Below, piece after piece: positions 21,512 through 33,264 of a DNA stretch of 64,000 nt (the stretch's first letter is position 1; every line of letters starts with the position of its first letter). The translations under genes were made by a program, and so were the position numbers. Origin of the DNA: an uncultured Chloroflexia bacterium (GTDB lineage Bacteria > Chloroflexota > Anaerolineae > Anaerolineales > UBA11579); assembly GCA_963722735.1 (NCBI GenBank), contig CAVROH010000013.1:2942-66941 (forward strand), in the 5' to 3' direction. The notes beneath the pieces are model-generated. The model saw only the letters and a program-made list of their open reading frames with translations, was not told the DNA's origin and ran no database searches.

Positions 21512-24500
21512 ATGAGCGATCAAGAATCAATGCAGAAGCCGGAGACTGAATCCGGCACAATAAAGATGAAGAAACCGGCCCGCAACGACTGGATTTTTGA
21601 TGCGGTGATGATCCTGCTGCTGATCGCCGGGGCGGTGCTGCGTCTCTCGGGGATCGAGTGGGCGGCCGACCAATATCTGCACCCGGATGAACGCCATCTG
21701 GTAAATGTGGAGACCGCCCTCTCCACGGTGCAGACCTTCGGCCAGTATTGGGATACGGCCAATTCCACCCTCAACCCGCATAACGTGGGCTATAACTTCT
21801 TCGTGTACGGCACTCTGCCGATCTTCCTGGTGCGTTATGTCGGCTGAATGGCTGGGCCAGATCGGCTATTCGGAGATCATGATCATCGGGCGGCAGCTTT
21901 CGGCGATCGCCGACCTGTTCGTGGTGCTGCTGGTCTATCTGACCGCCTCACACGCCTTTGACCGCCGGGTCGGACTGGCAGCGGGGGCCTTCAGCGCCTT
22001 CACCGTGTTGGAGATCCAGATCTCGCATTTCTTTGCCGTCGATACCTATCTGACGTTGTTCAGTATGCTGGCGGTGTATATTGCCGTGCGGCTGGCGACT
22101 GAGGAGAATCCGGAGGAAGGGCCGGTGTTCAAGCCCTGGCTGTTCGTGTTCTTCGGCATCGCCCTGGGGATGGCGGTGGCTTCAAAACTGAATACCGTCC
22201 CGGTGGCGATGGTGCTGCCGCTGGCGGTGTGGGTGCGCATCTCACGCCTGCCGCGGGAGGAGCGTCTTGATGCCGCCTGGCATGCCTCCGGATATCTGAT
22301 CCTGGCGGCGGTGGTCAGCCTGGTCACCTTCCGTATTTTCCAGCCGTATGCCTTCAGCGGGCCGGGCTTCCTGGGTGTGCTGCCCAATCCGAAGTGGATC
22401 GATGATATTTCTGAGCTGATGCGCCAGACCAGCGGCGATTTTGACTGGCCGCCCTCGATCCAATGGGCGCGCCGGCCGGTATGGTTCTCCTTGCAGAATA
22501 TGGTGCTGTGGGGGATGGGCATTCCGATGTCGGTGATGGCCTGGGGCGGGTTCCTGGTCTCGGGCTGGCAGATGTTGAAGGGCAAGTGGCGCACCTTCGT
22601 GGTGATGTGGGTCTGGACGGCGTTTTATTTCGGCTGGCAGTCCATGGCCTTTAATCCGACGATGCGCTACCAGATTCTGGTCTACCCGATGCTGGCGATC
22701 TTTGCCGGCTGGGCGGTGGTGAGCCTGTGCGACTGGGCCGGCGCAGCGGCCAGGGGACAGCGTGCAGCCCAGATCGGGGCGGCGGTGTTGGGCGCAGGCT
22801 CGATTTTGCTGACTGCCTGGTGGGCGGTGGCCTTTGCCGGGATCTATACCCGCCCGATCACCCGGGTGGAGGCATCCGAGTGGATCTTCCACAATGTGCC
22901 CGGCCCGTTGAACTTGCAGATCCAGACTGGTGAGGAATCCTATTCCCAGCCGCTGCCGCTGCCGTATGGGCAGACGGTCAGTGACCAGATCGCCGTATTC
23001 CACCAGCTTTATCCCCAACCAGGCCGGCTTGCTGACCGAGGTGGCCTTCAAGGATGTGCTCACCGGGGGCGGTGACTCAGCTGGTGACCGTCTCGGTGGC
23101 GGAAATGGGTGGGTTGGACCTGCCGGTGTATGTAGACAGCGGCGAGGCGTATTTCGGTCCCGATGGCGCGCCGCTGCAGCTTACCCTCACGGATGAAGAC
23201 CACGCCGTCCTGCCCGGCAGCCGGACTTATATCCTCGAAGTGGGGCTGTTTTCCGGGGATACCCCGCTGCTGCTTGAGAACGGCTATCTCCGGTTGCAAA
23301 GCGTTTCGGGAGCGATCAGTCTGCCGATCACGGTGGAACCGGTGATCCTGGAGGCCGACGGCAGCGTATTCAGCTATTCATTCACCACTGTGGAGACTGT
23401 CTCACTGGTGGATGTAACCCTCTTCCTCGGCCAGGTCGACGTGGACCGGCTGGATGAGCAGACCTTCCGAATCCTGCTGGATACCGATCCGCGAATTCAG
23501 CAACCCGGTGGTCTCCGAGCCGGTCACGGTCACCGGGTTGGCGGACGGGGTCAGCCGGGAGGGCGGGGTTTTTGATCTGGATCAGCCAGTGCTGATGGAA
23601 TCGGCGAGTATCTATCATCTGCGGATCGAGAATCTGACCGAGGGCGGTGACGGCAACCTTCCAGGGCGCTTCACTGGCAAATGAGGGTGCCTGGGATGAC
23701 GGCTTGCCGATGCGGATCGAGAGGCTATAATGCTTATGGCGGGATCTATCCGCCCGACCTGGGCTTCGATATGTACAACGATGCCAACCCGGAAAAGCTG
23801 GACCGCTTCCTCGATTTGCTGGAGACCTCCGAGTACCTGACGATCTCTTCCAGCCGGCAGTGGGCCAGCACGACTCGCATCCCGGAACGCTACCCGTTGA
23901 ATGTGATCTATTACCGCAACCTGCTGGGCTGCCCGGAAGAGCGCACAATCGAGTGGTGCTACAACGTGGCTGAACCGGGGATGTTTGAGAGCAATCTGGG
24001 CTTCGATCTGATCAAGACATTCCAGTCAGACCCGGAATTTGCCGGTCGTGCGGATCAATGACCAGTTTGCCGAGGAAGCCTTCACCGTTTACGATCATCC
24101 CAAGGTGTTCATCTTCGAAAAGCAGGCGGGTTACAACCATGCCGCCGTGGTGGAGATATTTAGCCGAGGCAGATTTTGACAATGTGATCCGGCTGACGCC
24201 CAAGCAGGCCAGCGAATTCAAATCGCTGCTGCTGTCCGATGCCGCGCATCGCCCGCCAGCGGGAGGCCGGCACCTGGTCTGAACTGTTCGATTCGGATGC
24301 CTGGTACAACCGCTCCGGTTTGGGGGCGGTGGCGGTCTGGTATCTGGCGCTGACCGTGCTGGGGTGGGCGGTCTTCCCACTGGTGCGCAAAGCGCTGCCC
24401 GGACTGCCGGATCAGCGGCTATCCCGCTGGTGCGGACTGCCGGGATGCTGCTGCTGGCCTATCTGAGCTGGCTGGCGGGGTCAGTGGGGTTGGGGTATAC

Positions 24501-26761
24501 CCGCCCGGTGATCGCTGGGCGTCTATCTGCTGCTGGTGGCGGTGGGAATCTGGCAGGCGATCCGGCAGCGGGATGAGCTGAGTACCGCTGCTGCGGGAAC
24601 ACTGGCGCGATTTCCTCCGGGCGGAACTGGTCTTCCTGGCGGCCTTCGTGCTGGTGCTGCTGGTGCGCTACGGCAACCCTGATCTGTGGCACCCGTATAA
24701 GGGCGGCGAGAAGCCGATGGACTTCGCTTATTTCAATGCCATTCTGAAAACGGTTTCCTTCCCGGCTTATGATCCCTGGTATGCGGGCGGCTACATCAAC
24801 TACTATTATTTCGGGTTTGTGTTCGTCGGTACGCTGGTGAAAATGTTGGGGATCGTCCCGGCGCTGGCCTATAACCTCATTCTGCCGACTTTGTTTGCGA
24901 TGATCTTCTGCCGGGGCGTATTCTGCGGCTGGGTAATCTTTTCCGCAAATGGCAGGAAGACCGGGGCGGAGATGCAGGCGAAGCTAAAGCTGCCCGGCCT
25001 GGCTGGTAGGGATCGCTGGGGCGCTGGTCACCGCATTCCTCGGCAACCTGGGCACCGTCCGGTTGTTCATGGAGGGCTTCCAGCGGCTGGCGGCTCAGGG
25101 TGATTTCAGCCGGGAAGCGGCCTTCTTCACCAAATTGGGCTGGACCTTCAGCAGGTTTTGGTCAAGTATTCAAGGGATCGGTCTGCCCTATGCCACGGGA
25201 GAATTTTACTGGCAGCCAAGCCGGGTGATCCCGGCGATCAACGAGCCGGAACCGATCACCGAGTTCCCCTGGTTCACCACGATCTACGCCGATCTGCATG
25301 CCCATTTCATGTCGCTGGCGCTGGTCTTTTTGGCGGTGGCCTGGGTGCTGGCGGTGGTTTTCTCCAAAGCATGGCAGGGGCAGAAGCCGCTGGCAGGTGG
25401 CGTGGAGCTTTGTATTTGCCGGGGTGGCGATTGGTGCATTGCGCCCGACCAATACCTGGGACCTGCCGACCTACCTGGCGCTGGGTGTGGTGGCGGTGAT
25501 TTATGCCGCTTTCCGCTATGGGGGGGAGAATCCGCCAGGTAAGCCTGAAGCTCCGGTCAATGGAAACTGGATCCAGGCTGTGGGTGGGGCGCTGGCCCTG
25601 ATTGCGCTGACCTTCATACTCTACCAGCCGTTTGCCCAGTGGTACGGCATGCCTTACTCTAAAATCATGGATCTGGCGCGGCACGCATACCCCGGTCAGT
25701 TCATATTTCTGTGCATTGGGGGCTGTTCCTCTTCATCCTGGTGTTCTGGATGGGTTGGGAGACGCGCCAGTGGATGGCGACAACCCCGCTTTCCGCTTTG
25801 CGCAAACTGGAACCGTACCGTAGCTGGATCTGGGTCGGGGTTGGGCGGTCTTGCTGGTGATGGCTGTCATGGCGCTGGCGCTCAAGGTGCGCATTCAGTT
25901 GATCGCCTTGCCGCTGGCAGTCTGGGCGGCGATGCTGCTCTTCCGCCCGGGGACCAGCGACAGCAAGCGGATCGTGCTGTTCATCACCGGCACGGCCTTC
26001 TTCCTGACGATGCTGGTGGAAGTGATCGTGCTTTCCGGCGATATTGGCCGGATGAACACGGTATTCAAATTCTATTTGCAGGCCTGGGTGCTGTTTGGGG
26101 CCAGCAGTGCGGCCGCCTTTGGCTGGACGCTGATGGAACTGCGCCGCTGGCGGGAAGGCTGGCAGGTCGTCTGGCGGATCGGGCTGGCGGCGCTGGCATT
26201 GGGGGCTTTCATGTTCCCGCTGACAGCGACCACGGCCAAGATCCAGGACCGGATGTCTGCTGACAGCGCCGCATACCCTGGACGGGATGGCCTTCATGCA
26301 GACCTCTGAGTACCCGGATGAGGGCGGGGTGGTGCAGCTGGATGCGGAATATGAAGCCATCCGCTGGGTGCAGGAGAATATCTCCGGCACGCCGGTGATC
26401 GTGGAGGCGAATACGCCGCTGTACCGCTGGGGGAGCCGCTTCAGCATCTACACCGGGCTGCCGACCGTGCTGGGGTGGGACTGGCATCAAACCCAGCAGC
26501 GCGGCCACTCACCAGGTCAGCGATATCTCCGGCCGGCAGCAGGATATCAGCATGTTTTACCTGATGGATGACCGTATGATCGCCGAGAACTTCCTGCGTG
26601 AGTACGAAGTGGAGTATGTGATCCTCGGACAGCTGGAGCGCAATTATTATCCCGGCGCGGGGCTGGACAAGTTCGAGCGCTGGGAGGGCGACCTGTGGGA
26701 AGAGGTCTACCGCAATGAGCAAACCGTGATCTATCGGGTGATTGGAGGATGCCCTGTATGA
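21512..26761 (+). CDS. Very large membrane protein: N-terminal GT39-like domain plus DUF2298 (Chlor_Arch_YYY) domain (many frameshifts)
   Basis: HPDER, FVYGTLP, SHFFAVD; later GGEKPMDFAYFNA..DPWYAGGYINYYYFG, ADLHAH and RMNTVFKFY. Confidence 0.75.
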
Positions 26762-26783
26762 TGGGGCGGGAGAGTAGGCGGAG

Positions 26784-29282
26784 ATGGTCTGGTTAGCGCC
26801 GGTATTGTGGGTTTTGCTGGTCAGTGCGGTGGGGTGGGGCGTGTTCCCGCTGGCTTACCGCTTCTTTCCCGGGCTGTCAGACCGGGGCTATGCGGTCAGC
26901 CGAGCGCTGGGCCTGCTGCTGTGGGGGTATCTCTTCTGGCTGCTGAGTTCGCTGGGCGTGCTGGTGAATACCACCGGCGGGATCCTGACGGCGCTGCTAC
27001 TGGTGCTGGGGGTCAGCTATTTCTTCTGGCGGAAAATTGATAGAGACGAGTTCAAAGCCTGGCTGAGGGAGAAGCGTAAGACCCTGATTATCGCAGTAGA
27101 GATCGTCTTCCTGGTCAGCTTTGTCTTCCTGCTGATCTTCCGGGGGATGGACCCGGCGATTTTAGGCACCGAGAAGCCGATGGAACTGGCCTTCATCAAT
27201 GCGATCCTGCGCTCCCAGCAGATGCCGCCGCTGGACCCATGGCTGGCGGACTATTCGATCTCGTATTATTACTTCGGTTACGTGATGGTGGCGATGCTGG
27301 CGAAGATCACCGCGGTCAGTGGGGGTGTGGCCTTCAATCTGGGGCTTTCGCTGGTGTTTGCGATGGGCGCGGCCGGGGCGTATGGGATTATCCATAACCT
27401 GCTGGCGGCACTGCCCGAGGAACGGCGGCCAAATCTGACCAGGCTGCCGGTGCTGGGGCCATTGTTTGTGCTGATCCTGAGCAATGTGGAGGGCTTTCTG
27501 GAGTTCATCCACGGGCGGGGGGCTTTCTGGCAGCAGGCTGCAGACGGCACCTGGACTTCCACATTCTGGACGTGGGTCAACCTGGATAATCTCAAGCTGC
27601 CGCCGCCGGACAATACTGCTCCGGGACAACTGCGCCACTGGTGGTGGTGGCGGGCCTCCCGCGTGGTGGCCGATTTCGACCTGTTCGGCAACTTCCGCGA
27701 GGTGATCGACGAGTTCCCCTTCTTTTCCTTCCTGCTGGCCGATCTGCATCCGCATGTGCTGGTGATCCCCTTCGTGATGCTGGCGCTGGCCTTCAGCCTG
27801 AATATGTTCCTGCAGCCGGCGGAGGAATTCGAGCGCCGTTTCCGCCTGTTCCGGTTCGATTATGATTTCTCCCCGCAGACCTTTTTCCTGGGGGTGGTGA
27901 TCTTTGGTGGGCTGGGCTTCCTGAATATCTGGGACTTCCCCTGGTACGTGGTGGTCTTCGCCGGGGCGCATTTGCTGCGCAAGGCAGAACGGCGCGGCTG
28001 GCATGGCGACCGGCTTTTGGAGTTCGTGGTGCTCGTGCTGGCATTCGGCGTCTTTGGGATCGTGGCGTACCTGCCGTTCTACATCAGCTTCTCCTCACAG
28101 GCCGGTGGGATCCTGCCGAATGTGATCAACCCGACGCGGGGCATTCACCAGTGGATCATGTTTGGGACGCTGTTCCTGCCGCTGTTCTCCTTCCTGATCT
28201 ACCTGGCTGCCCGGCGCAAGAAGACTGGGTATACGCTACGCGGCCTGGGTCTGGCATTGTTTGGGATTGTGCTGCTGTTTGGTGCTCTCGCTGGGGATGA
28301 CCAGTTCTGATGGGGGCGCAGACCGAGGTGGCTGGCGGCGTAGAGGTACATCCATTCTTGCAGCTGTACGGTGCTGAGTCAGCGGGGCAGTTGATCCGTG
28401 AAGGTCTTTCCCGGCGGGGGACGGCGATCTTCAGTGCGCTGACCCTGACCGCCTTGCTGGGACTGGCATTTGGTGCGGTCTGGCCGAGGCGGGATGTAGA
28501 GGGTGAGGAAGAGCCAGAGGAAAAACTGCCAGCTCCGCACCAGTTTGCGGTGGTGATGATCATCGTCGCCGGGCTGCTGGTGGTGGTGCCGGAGTTCTTT
28601 TACCTGCGGGATCTGTTTGGCAGCCGGATGAACACGATCTTCAAGTTTTATTACCAGGGCTGGATCATGTGGGCGCTGGCTGGCGCGTATGGCAGCGCCG
28701 TGCTGTTCAGCGCGCCGAAGAAGCAGCTTGCCGGCAAGATCTACCCGGTGGTATTTGTGATCGCGCATGCTGGTGGGGCTGACCTACCCGGCGATGGGGC
28801 TGCATACGCGCATCTCTCATTTTGCCGCCCAGCCGGAGCCGGCGCTGGAGCTGGACGGCACGGCGAATAATTTTTATCTCAGCGAGGAGGAGCATGCCGC
28901 CGTGGATTGGCTGATGGATGCGCCGACCGGCACGCTGGTGGAGGCGGTGCATCCCTATGGGGGCAGCTATACCCATTACGCCCGTATCTCGATGAATTCC
29001 GGCCAGCCGGCTTTGCTGGGATGGGTCGGGCATGAGGGCCAGTGGCGCGGCGGCAACGAGGAGATGGGGTCCCGCCAGTCGGATATTGAGCGGCTTTACC
29101 AGACGCCTTCCTGGCAGGAGACCTCGGGAGATCATTGACCAGTACCAGATCGTGTACATTGTGCTGGGCAATCTGGAGCGGACGACCTATCGGTCTACGA
29201 GGAGAAGTTTATCCAGAATCTGACACCGGTCTTCCAGCAGGGCGGGGTCACGATCTACCATACGGGTTTGATCGGTGAGTAA
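26784..29282 (+). CDS. DUF2298 (Chlor_Arch_YYY) membrane protein
   Basis: GTEKPMELAFINA..DPWLADYSISYYYFG, EFPFFSFLLADLHPH, RMNTIFKFYYQ and GWVGHEGQWR. Confidence 0.85.
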
Positions 29283-29288
29283 GATTTA

Positions 29289-29801
29289 ATTCACCACAGA
29301 TAAACACAGATGAACACGGATAATTAAAATTAATTTAGAAAAAATTAAAGACCATGGAAATAAATGTGATCTCTGAGAAGATAATTGGGGCGGCTTATAC
29401 GGTCAGCAACGAATTGGGCGTTGGCTTTCTGGAGAAAGTCTATGAGAATTCCCTGGTGCATGAATTAATTAAGTCTGGACTTGAGGTCAAGCAACCGCAT
29501 CCATTACGGGTATTTTACGATGTCAGATCGTGGGCGAATTCTTCGCCGATTTAGTGGTAGAAGATACTGTATTGGTAGAGTTGAAAGCAGTCAATGCGTT
29601 GAATAATGATCACCTGGCTCAATGTTTGAATTATTTACGGGCCAAAGATATCCCGTTGTGCCTATTGATTAATTTTGGAGAGAAACGGGTAAAGGTGAAA
29701 AGAATAGTTGGTGCAAACTTCAACCTCGAGGCTGCAGAATATACATTAGGCAATTATCGAATACCACTATCTGTGTTTATCTGTGTGCATCTGTGGTGAA
29801 T
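29289..29801. mobile_element. Putative GxxExxY cassette bounded by 34-bp inverted repeats
   Basis: Left 29289-29322 ATTCACCACAGATAAACACAGATGAACACGGATA; right 29768-29801 reverse-complements to it at 30/34 positions; AT-rich interior. Confidence 0.6.
29354..29799 (+). CDS. GxxExxY protein (PD-(D/E)xK nuclease-like), one frameshift near 29525
   Basis: GFLEKVY (GxxExxY), ADLVVEDTVLVELKAV, HLAQCLNYL and LLINFG. Confidence 0.92.
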
Positions 29802-29842
29802 ATGGTTTTAATGATGTATAAGATATAATCCCTAATCAGGAC

Positions 29843-31633
29843 ATGGATATGGAAGCAAGAAGCGATTCAAAACTGAAATGGTCGCCGACGCTTGAAGAAT
29901 TGCTGTACCTGCTGGCGTTTGTGATCGCGCTGGTGATGCGGCTGGTGATCCTCGGGCAGTACCATCTCTCTGAGACGGAAGCGGGATACGCCTTACAGGC
30001 TTACCAGGTCTCTCAAGGGGAGGATCTGCAGATGCTGGGGAATCCGGCCTATATCCAACTGACCGGGATATTGTTTTACTTGCTGGGCAGCGGTGATGTG
30101 ATTGCCAGGATGCTTCCGGCAGTGGTGGGCAGCGCGGTGGTCCTGCTGCCGTATCTGTGGCGGGAGCATCTCGGTGAGAAAGCGGCCCTGGTAGCGGCGT
30201 TTGGCCTGGCGCTGGACCCGATCTCGATGGCGGTCTCCCGGCAGGCGGGCAGCCCGGTATGGCGCTGGGATTTCTGACTCTGGCGGTCTTCTTCTGGCAG
30301 CGCAAGCGGATGCTGGCTGGCCGGGATCCTGGCTGGATTGCTGATCATGTCCGGGATATCATTCGTGTTCGGTCTGGTGGGCCTGCTGGCGGCCTGGGCA
30401 GTGATCCATTTTGTCTCCGATATCCGGACCGGAATTTAAAATCGATCCCGCAGGAGCGCAACCTGCTGCTGGCCGGGATCGGGATTGCGCTGGTGGCGGT
30501 GGGGACTCTGTTTGCACTCGAATTCCAGGGGCTGGCGGCGACAGTACAGGCGCTGGCGATTATATTGCCGGCTGGTTTGGCGGAGTCCGATGGGCAGCAT
30601 CCGCTGGCGATCCTGCTGGGGCTGATCGTCTATCAGCCAATGGGGCTGCTGTTTGCGATCCTGCTGTGGCTCAACCGCAACAAGAATGGCGAGATCGTCA
30701 ATATCCTGCTGACGATCGTCTTCCTGGTGTTCCTGGCGCTGACGCTGGTGTATCCCGCCAGGGGGATGTGGATGCTGATCTGGGCGGTGGTGCCGCTCTG
30801 GCTGCTGGCCGGCCAGGTTGATCGGCGAGTATCTCTCTGCGCCGGATGAGCAGGACCGTATCCTGGTGTGGGGCGGGGCGGTCTTCTATTTGATCCTGCT
30901 GGTGTACTGGTGGATGAACCTGGCTCAGATGACAGCGGAGATCGGTCTGGTGCGGCCGGAGGGGGTGAGGTTGTTGGAGTTGACTCAGGGTCGATCCGGT
31001 TTCCAGGGTGTATGTGGTGCGCCTGGCTGGTCACGATCCTGATCCCGCTGCTAATCGTGATATTATCAGGGCTGGTCTCATGGGGGTGGGCGGCAGAAGC
31101 CTCGATCCGCGGTGCTGTCTGGGGGGTGGGGGCGTTCCTGGTGTTCTACATCGTAATGGCTGCCTGGGGATTTTCAGCCCCGCCGGAAGAAGTGGCTTCC
31201 GAGTTGTGGGTGCAGGGGCCGTCTGTCGGGCAGACCGAGGTGAAATGGTGACTGCCATCGAAGAGGCCTCCATGCAGATCACCGGGACGAAGTATGAACT
31301 GGCGTTGGTATATCAGATTGATTCCCGGCTGGTGGACTGGCTGCTGCGTGATTTCCCCAATGCGCGTTACAGCCCGACCCTGGCGGCCAATGATCTGCCG
31401 GATGTGGTCTTGAATCAGGATCTGGGCTTTGTGGAGACGAATCGGGGCAGTTGTATGGCGGGCAGCAGTTTGTGCTTCATCTGGAGCGCGCCTGGGGGAA
31501 TCCGGTGCTGCCGCCTGATTTTGACCGTTGGCTGGTGTTCCGCCAGTCTCCGGTGAGTCAAGGATTGGGCCTATCTCTGTGGACACGGGCAGACCTGTTC
31601 CCGTTGTACGACATTCTGAGAATAGCCCGGTAG
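29843..31633 (+). CDS. GT-C-like membrane protein (TIGR03663/GT39-related; frameshifted)
   Basis: LSETEAGYAL..GNP..FYLLGSGDVIARMLPAVVG..LLPYLWREHLG..AALVAAFGLALDP..SRQ pattern; polytopic. Confidence 0.65.
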
Positions 31634-31683
31634 AGTAAAATACAGCCTTGAAAATTCAATCCTGGAGAGATGATGCATGATGA

Positions 31684-32379
31684 GTGAAGATCGCGCGCAT
31701 AAATACAATTGCCCTGGATGGCCCGGCGGCCTCTGGAAAATCCACTGTAGGAGAGCTGGTTGCCAAAGAGCTGGGCTTCCTGTTCTTTGATACCGGGGTG
31801 ATGTACCGGGCGATCACCCTGGCGGCGCTTGAGGCGGGCGTATCTGTATTTGATGAAGCGGGTTGTACCCAATTGGCAAAGGAAACCCAGATCGACGTGC
31901 AGCCCGGCTTCTATGGATGACGGCCGCAAAAATGATATTTTGATCAATGGGGTGGACAAGACCTGGGGCATCCGCACACCGGAAGTGGATGCGAATGTCT
32001 CTGAGGTCTCCACTTATGCGGGCGTGCGCACTGCTCTGACCGCCCAGCAGCGCAAGATCGGTGTGCGCGGGCGGGTGGTCATGGTGGGGCGCGATATCGG
32101 CACGGTGGTGATGCCGGATGCTGCCCTGAAGATCTATCTGGATGCTTCTGCCGAGGAACGTGCCCGCCGCCGGCATGCGGAACGGTGGCCCGCGGTGAAG
32201 AATCGGATTATGAGGAAGTGCTGGCGATCGTGAAGAAACGCGATCAGATCGACTCAAGCCGGGAAGTGGCTCCGCTGTGTGCCGCCGAGGATGCCGTGGT
32301 GATCGATTCGGATCACTTGAGCATTGAAGAAGTATTCGCGCCATGATGGCGTTGATCAGAGGAAGCTGGAATTGGATGA
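31684..32379 (+). CDS. cmk: Cytidylate kinase
   Basis: [29 protein letters not shown] and [12 protein letters not shown]. Confidence 0.93.
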
Positions 32380-33074
32380 GTGAGACTTACACGGTTTCCA
32401 CGAGTTCAGCAGATGAAGCGCATTCTATTGCGAGGATTTGTCCGCATGTTGTTTAAGCTGCTGTTCAAGGTAAAGATCTCGGGGAATGGAGAATATTCCG
32501 GTCAGGGGGAGCGTATGTGATCGCCTCCAACCATGTCTCGCATTATGAGCCGCCGCTGCTGTTGGCCTTCTGGCCGGAGATCCCGGAGGCGTTGGCGGGG
32601 CATGATGTCTGGGATCGGCGGAATACCGGAATTTTTCCGCGTATATTTGGCGCCATCCCGGTGAAGCGCGGGGAATATGACCGCCAGGTGATTGAGACCA
32701 CCCTGAATGTGCTGGCTTCTGGTACGCCGTTGTTGATCGCACCTGAGGGCGGGCGCTCAAACACGCCGGGGATGCGCCGGGCAAAGCCTGGAGTCGCTTA
32801 TCTGGTGGACCGGGCAAAAGTACCGGTTGTGCCGGTGGCAATATTGGGGACGCGCAACGATTCCCTGAACGAGGCGCTAAAGTTCCGCCGTCCGATGCTG
32901 GAAATGCGCATCGGGGAGCCGTTTATGATCCCGGAGATCACCGGAAAGGGTGAGGAACGCCGGGCGGCGCGCCAGAAATCTGCGGATGAGGTCATGCTGC
33001 GGATTGCCGCGATGCTGCCGGAGGAGTATCATGGCGTTTACTCCGGCAAGGTGGAAAGCTTTCCTCAATCCTGA
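32376..33074 (+). CDS. plsC: 1-acyl-sn-glycerol-3-phosphate acyltransferase family
   Basis: ASNHVSHYE (HxxxxD/E), FGAIPVKRG, APEGGRS and VPVVPVAI. Confidence 0.85.
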
Positions 33075-33264
33075 GCGTGGGGCGGACGCCGACCAGGTGG
33101 AGAATTTTCCCCAATTTGAAAAGAGGCCGCTAAATGAGTAAGGTCGGGGGAAAGTCCGTCAGAAACCCTGGCGCATTCATATTTATGCGTGAAAAGCACC
33201 TGAATGCTATAATGAAACTCCGATTTTTACGCACTAATTCAGAGGTTGAGCATGTGGTGAAGCA

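Noticed and set aside
29289-29322. Mini-CRISPR array
   Set aside because: 10-bp units without unique spacers; no cas genes in the window.
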